A program made the translations under genes and the position numbers. A stretch of DNA of 64,000 bases from Patescibacteria group bacterium. Its GTDB lineage: Bacteria > Patescibacteriota > Minisyncoccia > Minisyncoccales > UBA10102. Below are positions 58,135-64,000 of this stretch, one piece after another. The notes under the pieces are model-generated. The model ran no database searches. It had not been told where the DNA came from and saw only the letters and a program-made list of their open reading frames with translations. Each line of letters opens with the position of its first letter. Position 1 is the stretch's first letter. Location: the NCBI GenBank assembly GCA_024239055.1, contig JANBVJ010000001.1, positions 297,124 through 361,123 on the forward strand, read 5' to 3'.

Positions 58135-58380
58135 TTACCAGTCTTTAATTGTTTTTTGGGTCTTTCCTTTAATGCCCATATAGACGTCCTCTGCCTTCTG
58201 TTCGACATCAGGAGATACGAGACGCAACAACTCACGCCCCAAGATTCGGTATCGCCCGCCAACCTTATTCGCTCTAATGATTCCCTGTTTTAAGAAGCGC
58301 TTCATGGTGCGCTCACTCAGACGCAGGAAGTCTCCTGCCTCCTTACTTGTATAGATTTGATTTGGTTCAATGTCTTGCAT
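58135..58380 (-). CDS. Helix-turn-helix DNA-binding protein, excisionase/MerR-like HTH_17 family
   Basis: 81 aa. IYTSKEAGDFLRLSERTMKRFLKQGIIRANKVGGRYRI is a classic excisionase-family HTH. Confidence 0.6.
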   Translation of the reverse strand: MQDIEPNQIYTSKEAGDFLRLSERTMKRFLKQGIIRANKVGGRYRILGRELLRLVSPDVEQKAEDVYMGIKGKTQKTIKDW

Positions 58381-58435
58381 ATATCAAGTATAGCCTTTGC
58401 CTAACAAAGTGTCAATAAGGGACAGAAGGTGCCAA

Positions 58436-59350
58436 TTAGTTCTTCTCCTGAAGAGCCTGTATTGTCTGCTGAATCCCCTGCTCAAAAGATACTTGTGGCT
58501 TCCATCCCAACTCCTCTTGTATCTTTGAACGATCAAGTGCATTACGTGATACCCCAGCATCTGAAGACTCTTCATATATAGGATCGCCCTTCCAGCTGAG
58601 ACGCTGTGCAATAATCTTGAATACTTCTGTCATGCTCGTCTCCTGTGAACTCCCCACATTAAAGATACCGGTCTTTCCAGAGTCTGCTGCCAGGCGTAAT
58701 GCCTCAAGAACGTCTGAGATAAAGATAAAGTCACGGGTAGTTGTGCCGTCTCCATGAATGATAGGCTGCTGGCCTTGTAACATCTTGGTGGCGACAGACG
58801 GAATAATGCCACTCTCCCACTGCCTAGGACCATAGACATTACTAAGTCTCAAAATAATATACGGTAGATTATATGTTTCTGCGTAATCTTGAAGTAGTCG
58901 TTCTAAGGCAAGATTCATCACTCCATATAAAGAAGATGGATGAGCAGGGTAGTCTTCTGGAGTAGGAATCACAGAAGCCTCGCTATACACAGCTCCCCCT
59001 GAAGAGATCATAATAAACTTTTTTACTGAAACTTCGTGAGCCGCATCTAAAAGATGCTTGAGCTCTTTTAAAATATTCAGATTTTCTTGAAATAATGGAT
59101 CATCTATACTTCTTCTCAAATGAATAGGGCCTGCTAGATGATAGATGATTTCTGGCTTTTCTTTCTCAATAATTTCAGCCATCTCCTTACTACTTGTATT
59201 TAGTTGAATAAACTTAGCCTTAGAATTTATATTCTCTTTCTTTCCAGTAGATAGATTATCAACAACAATAACTTCATCTCCATTAGAAACAAGACGATCA
59301 ACAAGATTGCTTCCAATAAATCCAGCTCCTCCTGTAACAAGAATCTTCAT
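58436..59350 (-). CDS. NAD-dependent epimerase/dehydratase (UDP-hexose 4-epimerase-like)
   Basis: MKILVTGGAGFIGSNL, YGVMNLALE-type YxxxK region, 304 aa. Confidence 0.85.
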   Translation of the reverse strand: MKILVTGGAGFIGSNLVDRLVSNGDEVIVVDNLSTGKKENINSKAKFIQLNTSSKEMAEIIEKEKPEIIYHLAGPIHLRRSIDDPLFQENLNILKELKHLLDAAHEVSVKKFIMISSGGAVYSEASVIPTPEDYPAHPSSLYGVMNLALERLLQDYAETYNLPYIILRLSNVYGPRQWESGIIPSVATKMLQGQQPIIHGDGTTTRDFIFISDVLEALRLAADSGKTGIFNVGSSQETSMTEVFKIIAQRLSWKGDPIYEESSDAGVSRNALDRSKIQEELGWKPQVSFEQGIQQTIQALQEKN

Positions 59351-59389
59351 ATGTTGAGATTATTACGTTTTGCCTCCCACTAAACAACG

Positions 59390-60205
59390 CTACACCTTAT
59401 ATAGATAATGATTTGTAGGATGAAGCTCAAACCCATACTTTTTGTATAATCCATTTGCAGCCTCTCTTTTTGGATTTGAAGTAAGTTCAATCATCTCAAC
59501 TCCTTCTTGTCTTGCCCATTGAACAAGATTATCTAAAAGCTTTCTTCCTAATCCCCTCCCTCGATAAGCATCATCTACGATCATATCCTCAACAACTGCC
59601 TGTTTTCTTAACATTGTTTGACGAGGAAATATCCAACCCATACCAATTAATGTATCTCCATCATATTCTTTACTTACATATCCACTTAAGATTGCTCTAT
59701 ACAAAGACTGCTCTTTTACAATAGCTGAATCGTCCAACTGAGTTGTAAGTTCTTTTACTCTCTCAATATTAAATGCAAAATTGTCTTTGAGCCACTGAAC
59801 ACACCTTTGATTTGCCTCAAATGCAATATTCTCTGGATTAACTTCAGCTAATGAAATCCAATCAAATTCACTGTTTTCATCATTAAGTTGAATCTCTTGA
59901 TCTCCAATATCTACTAAATAAAAGAAATTTAATACAGGAAAGTCATTCCCCTCCCACTCAGTAATTCCTGGAAATGTCTTAATAAATGTAACTTCTTTTG
60001 CATCAATTCCAGTCTCTTCTTTTATCTCTCTTCGTGTTGCCTCTTCAAGACTCTCTCCTTCATCCATAAAACCACCTGGGATGTCCCAGTGACCCTTTAA
60101 AGGATCTTCAGCACGCTTAAATACAAGAAGCTTATTATCTTTTAATATAATTGCAGATATTACTGCCTTTGGATTCCTAAATGCACAAATTTCACAGTTA
60201 TTCAT
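59390..60205 (-). CDS. NUDIX hydrolase-GNAT acetyltransferase fusion protein
   Basis: N-terminal Nudix box GHWDIPGGFMDEGESLEEATRREIKEETG. C-terminal GNAT motif A (IVDDAYRGRGLGRKLL) and motif B (YKKYGFE). Confidence 0.75.
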   Translation of the reverse strand: MNNCEICAFRNPKAVISAIILKDNKLLVFKRAEDPLKGHWDIPGGFMDEGESLEEATRREIKEETGIDAKEVTFIKTFPGITEWEGNDFPVLNFFYLVDIGDQEIQLNDENSEFDWISLAEVNPENIAFEANQRCVQWLKDNFAFNIERVKELTTQLDDSAIVKEQSLYRAILSGYVSKEYDGDTLIGMGWIFPRQTMLRKQAVVEDMIVDDAYRGRGLGRKLLDNLVQWARQEGVEMIELTSNPKREAANGLYKKYGFELHPTNHYLYKV

Positions 60206-60319
60206 ATAAAACCAACTTTACCACAAAATAGAACTCAAAACAAATGCTATATTTAAACGTAATTATTACATAGACATTACAATATATATTGTCTATTATA
60301 AAAGAAATCTTTTAATTCC

Positions 60320-62602
60320 ATGAATACACAATTACTTCATAAATTATTCTTAATTGGTCTTTTTTCTACACTTGCGCTCTCAGCCTTAGAACTACCTAAT
60401 TTTTTTAGTCCCCCTAACTGGGGTCAAACTATTTCATTTAGAATAATACTTTCTCTTATTATTTTTATATTTGGTGTTTTTCTTTTCTACAAACCTGACT
60501 TTATTCGACCTATACATTGGAAAAATAAAGAAAGTATAGGATTTTGGCTGCTTTCCGGACTTTTTATAACATACTTACTTTCAACTATATTTTCTATTGA
60601 TCCAAACTTTAGTCTTTGGGGCAATCCAGTTCGTTCCGGAGGATTTATAAACTTTATCTCTTATGGAATTATCGCTTTTCTAGCCTTCTTTTTGCTCAAA
60701 CTTAGGCACTGGAAAATACTTTGGGACATCGCCATTATCGTAGGAATATTCATAAGTTCCGTGGCAATTATACAGTGGCAGGGATTATTTTCTGAGACAC
60801 TTATATCAGCTGGTAGACCTACAAGTACCCTAGGAAGTCCAATTATGCTCGCCATATACGCCCTTCTGCTTTTATTCCCATCTATTACCTTTGGTTTAAA
60901 AGAACAGAATAAATTAAAGAAGGTATTTTATATTGCCTCATCCTTTCTCTTTTTGTTTATTGTAATCATTACACAAACAAGAGCCGTATATCTTGGACTA
61001 ATCATTGCATCGTCTTACTTTCTCTTCTCTTATCCTTTCAAGCAAAAATTACAGTCTGTGGCCGCAAAAAGTGTTGTTCTCTTAATATTGACTCTGCTTA
61101 TTGGAAGTATATATTATGTAAACGCACAAGAGGAACTCCCTCGATTTATTCGAGAAAGCAAGATACTGCACCCAATTACTGAAAGAATGAATCTTGACCT
61201 TTTAACACATGAACCTCGTCCTTCTACATGGAGAGTTGGGCTTGAAGCAATAAAAGAGAGGCCCTTACTTGGATACGGTCCAGAAAACTTCTCAATCGCA
61301 TTTGATAAACACTACGATCCCTCTCTTCCAAATATTCAGTATATTCCAGAAGGCGAAAATAGCTGGTGGGATAAAGCTCATAATACTTTCATTGGTACTG
61401 CAGTAGAATCTGGTGTTCTTGCATTAATCCTTTTTCTTGCGTTATTTATAGTACTTCTATGGCAACTACAAAAAATAAAAAAAGGAAGTCCGGAACATAC
61501 AATTATCATCCATGGAATTCAAGCAGCATTTATTGGATATCTCATAGGTAATTTCTTTGCTTTTAATACCTTCTCTACCTATTTAATATCATTCCTTCTA
61601 ATCTCCTACTCATTATTTCTTATTCATAACTTATCAAACAAAGAAGAAGTTGAACAAGCACCGAATAAATTACTCCGATATAAAAAACCCATACTGATAA
61701 GTCTTGCGGTCTTTCTTATATGGTTTAACTGGCAGTATAGTATTGTACCACTCCAAATAAATGCGAAAATAAATCAAGCAGAAAGTCTCATAAGTGCTGA
61801 AGGATGTGATCTTGCGATTGAAACAATAGAGGAAGCTTTCATACAAAAAGATACTTTTCTTAATGCATACACAAGCTTTCGATATGCACATATTCTTAAT
61901 TCTTGCGGGAACATAGATTTAGAAAAAGCACCTGAATATAATCAAAGAGGGTATGAACTTTTAAAAGAGTCCACTCAGGCTCGTCCCACCTTCACCAGAA
62001 ATTGGATATTTCTTGGAACATCAATAAATATTATGCTGGAACAAGCAAGAATTGGAATACTACCAAATCTATCTCCTGAAAAAATTGAGGATTTAACACA
62101 AGAAAAGAACAACGCATTCTTAAAAGCTAATGAACTCAGTCCAAAGCGTCAAGAAGTATATATTGAATGGATTAGGGGATACATAGTTGCGGGAGATTTC
62201 CAAATTGCGAAAGAAAAATCTGATACATGCATAGCTTTAGACTCCAACACTGGAATATGTTGGTGGCTTAAAGGATTATCTGAAATATTCCTCAATGAAT
62301 CTGAGCAAGCAAAAAAAGATATTGATATGGCTCAAGAAATGGGATTTGATATCCACTCCACGTCTTCCTTAAAACAACTCATCCGAGCATATGTACACCT
62401 TGAGAACTTCTCAGAACTCATCAGAATTAATAAAGAACTCATAGAATTAGAACCAGATGTTCCACAATATCATAGTGCCCTCGCCAGCACATATAAGATA
62501 GTTGGCGACTACGCAAATGCACGTAGGGAAGCTCTTATAGTATTAGAACTACAACCAGAAGCACGAGAAGTAGTAGAAGCGTTTCTCAAAACACTTCCCT
62601 AG
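60320..62602 (+). CDS. O-antigen ligase-like (Wzy_C domain) polytopic membrane protein with C-terminal TPR-repeat domain
   Basis: 760 aa. ~12 TM N-terminal half with Wzy_C signature (TQTRAVYLG ... WWDKAHNTFIGTAVESGVLALILFL). C-terminal ~330 aa of TPR-like helical repeats. Confidence 0.8.
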   Translation: MNTQLLHKLFLIGLFSTLALSALELPNFFSPPNWGQTISFRIILSLIIFIFGVFLFYKPDFIRPIHWKNKESIGFWLLSGLFITYLLSTIFSIDPNFSLWGNPVRSGGFINFISYGIIAFLAFFLLKLRHWKILWDIAIIVGIFISSVAIIQWQGLFSETLISAGRPTSTLGSPIMLAIYALLLLFPSITFGLKEQNKLKKVFYIASSFLFLFIVIITQTRAVYLGLIIASSYFLFSYPFKQKLQSVAAKSVVLLILTLLIGSIYYVNAQEELPRFIRESKILHPITERMNLDLLTHEPRPSTWRVGLEAIKERPLLGYGPENFSIAFDKHYDPSLPNIQYIPEGENSWWDKAHNTFIGTAVESGVLALILFLALFIVLLWQLQKIKKGSPEHTIIIHGIQAAFIGYLIGNFFAFNTFSTYLISFLLISYSLFLIHNLSNKEEVEQAPNKLLRYKKPILISLAVFLIWFNWQYSIVPLQINAKINQAESLISAEGCDLAIETIEEAFIQKDTFLNAYTSFRYAHILNSCGNIDLEKAPEYNQRGYELLKESTQARPTFTRNWIFLGTSINIMLEQARIGILPNLSPEKIEDLTQEKNNAFLKANELSPKRQEVYIEWIRGYIVAGDFQIAKEKSDTCIALDSNTGICWWLKGLSEIFLNESEQAKKDIDMAQEMGFDIHSTSSLKQLIRAYVHLENFSELIRINKELIELEPDVPQYHSALASTYKIVGDYANARREALIVLELQPEAREVVEAFLKTLP

Positions 62603-64000
62603 AATTCTAAAATCTCATTAAGTTTTTGACGAGTTGAGGCTCCAACAAATCCTGTGGGTTCTGTAAGTCCAAGAGGCGTTAATATCTCTGCGGCATATTT
62701 TGCCTGAAATCGCATAACGGCAGTCCTCGTAAGGTTGAGGAAATTGCCAGATATAATACCTTCGGGATAGATATCTTGCCCCTGTCCCTTTAACAACTGC
62801 TGGAGGCAATTAACTGCTACATTATTTTGCATTCCCCAAAAGAGATCTTGTGTAAACTCCTGACATACGAAATCTCCCCTACTAAACAGAATCGCGTTCA
62901 GCTGCGCCTGTAAGCTCGCAAGTTGCGCCTGTAGGATTACAATACGCTCTAAGAGCTCTTCTTTGAGTTCCTCTTCCTGATCTGGTGTCTTTGGAGTGCT
63001 TGAGATAATAAGAACAAACTGATAATCGGAAAATGCATCCCCGGCTATTGTTTGGGTCTGTATAGAAGGAAGAATAGTAATAGATTTACTATTATTGAAA
63101 TTCGGCAGTTCTATCTCACCCTTCTGCGTACTATCAAGCTGTAAAAATGCAACCGAGGAATTCCCATAAATATCCTGCACAACATATGGAACCTTGAAAT
63201 TTACCTGCGGGTTTCCCCGAAATTCTATCTTGAGATTATCCTTGCCTCCAACTATGCGATACCAGTTCCCAGCCCAATCTTTTGTATTCTGTACAAGAGA
63301 AAGTGTACTCTCCCCTGAAAGCGGCAGAAAGTTTGTCTGTGGAACCACCTTAAAATCTTTTAACGAAGAACTTTGATAACAATAGCGGACTCCAGCATCG
63401 CAATCATTAATCAATAAAGCGATTGTCCAATCAGTAAACACCTCCTCAAAAGTCTCTGCAAATCCATTCTTCTTTAGTGCTTCTTCAATAGATTGAATAC
63501 CAACGGTATCTGACCTTAAAGAATCCCGTAAAATCTCCAGCCCATACTGATCCACAATATATTGGGAGAACAAGTTTACAGCTCCATAGTCATGTGGTTC
63601 TCCATCCCATTGGAGTAAAGAAGTATCTGTTTTTGTAAGGAATGCATTGACCCTTCTCTGAAGGTTACTTCCCTCATATGGAGAATCATATCCCAACAGG
63701 GTAACGGCATACTCTGCCCGTGCCTCGTTTAACCAGATATCTTCAGCTATTCCGTATAATCTTTCTTTTTGATTGAATGTTATTAAATGAACAAACTCAT
63801 GGGCGAGCAGACTTTTTAATATTGGGCTTCTAATAAAGTCAGTGCTCAAATATACCATCTCTCTCTCGTTTGAATTTGGATTAAGCACCTTCTCAAGCTC
63901 ATCCCCGTAATTAGTATACCCCCCGGCTCCATCCTTCATTGGGTGAAAGAGCACCGTAATCCTTTCATCCGCATCAATCCCCGGCTTCCATTCGCTTCCA
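62599..64000 (-). CDS. HEXXH zinc metallopeptidase-like protein, partial (N-terminus beyond window end)
   Basis: ORF open to the window edge (no stop upstream of the GTG called at 63954). Motif LAHEFVHLITF (HExxH), second Glu further on (NEARAEY). Confidence 0.55.
   Translation of the reverse strand, partial: GSEWKPGIDADERITVLFHPMKDGAGGYTNYGDELEKVLNPNSNEREMVYLSTDFIRSPILKSLLAHEFVHLITFNQKERLYGIAEDIWLNEARAEYAVTLLGYDSPYEGSNLQRRVNAFLTKTDTSLLQWDGEPHDYGAVNLFSQYIVDQYGLEILRDSLRSDTVGIQSIEEALKKNGFAETFEEVFTDWTIALLINDCDAGVRYCYQSSSLKDFKVVPQTNFLPLSGESTLSLVQNTKDWAGNWYRIVGGKDNLKIEFRGNPQVNFKVPYVVQDIYGNSSVAFLQLDSTQKGEIELPNFNNSKSITILPSIQTQTIAGDAFSDYQFVLIISSTPKTPDQEEELKEELLERIVILQAQLASLQAQLNAILFSRGDFVCQEFTQDLFWGMQNNVAVNCLQQLLKGQGQDIYPEGIISGNFLNLTRTAVMRFQAKYAAEILTPLGLTEPTGFVGASTRQKLNEILEF

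Noticed and set aside
57216-58262. ORF-track N-terminal extension of the UXS-like epimerase (MAGDTESWGVS...)
   Set aside because: The Rossmann motif MKIIVTGGAGFIGS begins at the internal ATG at 58130. The 44-codon extension overlaps the excisionase-family HTH gene and has no homology support, so it is treated as an upstream read-through.
1-64000. CRISPR arrays, transposases, integrases and IS inverted repeats
   Set aside because: Scanned for regularly spaced direct repeats and for DDE/tyrosine-recombinase-like ORFs. None seen. The only tandem repeat is the 33-bp in-gene duplication at 9871-9936.

Overview
This window is a low-GC (about 38-42%) bacterial chromosomal segment with compact, overlapping genes, almost all of them on the minus strand. 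The gene content suggests a CPR/Patescibacteria-like organism; this is an inference, not a database result. The supporting features are a split TraD/VirD4-like ATPase with a membrane partner, a sigma70-region4/HARE-HTH protein, and shortened housekeeping proteins.

Positions 1-34,140 form a housekeeping block. It contains a partial SDR oxidoreductase, a MacA/MacB-like tripartite ABC efflux operon, an MFS transporter, an LmbE-like deacetylase next to a short cysS-like ligase, DUF167 and a MazG-like protein, envelope-associated hypotheticals, tRNA-Gln, ftsX-ftsE-prfB (with the canonical programmed +1 frameshift), tRNA-Thr, tRNA-Gly and an ftsB-like gene. It continues with capA-like, lepA, murJ, a GC-rich orphan gene, an RNase P RNA (rnpB) that ORF calling cannot see, rnhA, a DHH phosphoesterase, pgk, the TraD-like ATPase with its membrane partner, the sigma70-r4/HARE-HTH protein, secF, secD, a membrane protein, an HldE-like nucleotidyltransferase, secA and murB.

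Positions 34,326-62,602 are a ~26-28 kb glycan biosynthesis locus of about 28 genes. It contains a UDP-HexNAc 4,6-dehydratase, an aminotransferase, an initiating WecA-like transferase, GNATs, GT2/GT4 glycosyltransferases, Wzx- and Wzy-like membrane proteins, gmd-fcl (GDP-fucose), at least five methyltransferases, a truncated Ugd-like dehydrogenase, UXS-like and GalE-like epimerases, an HTH regulator, a NUDIX-GNAT fusion and a divergent Wzy_C/O-antigen-ligase-like protein with C-terminal TPR repeats. The window ends in a partial HEXXH metallopeptidase gene.

No CRISPR array, transposase or integrase was seen. All functional calls come from motif recognition by eye, and no search was run.
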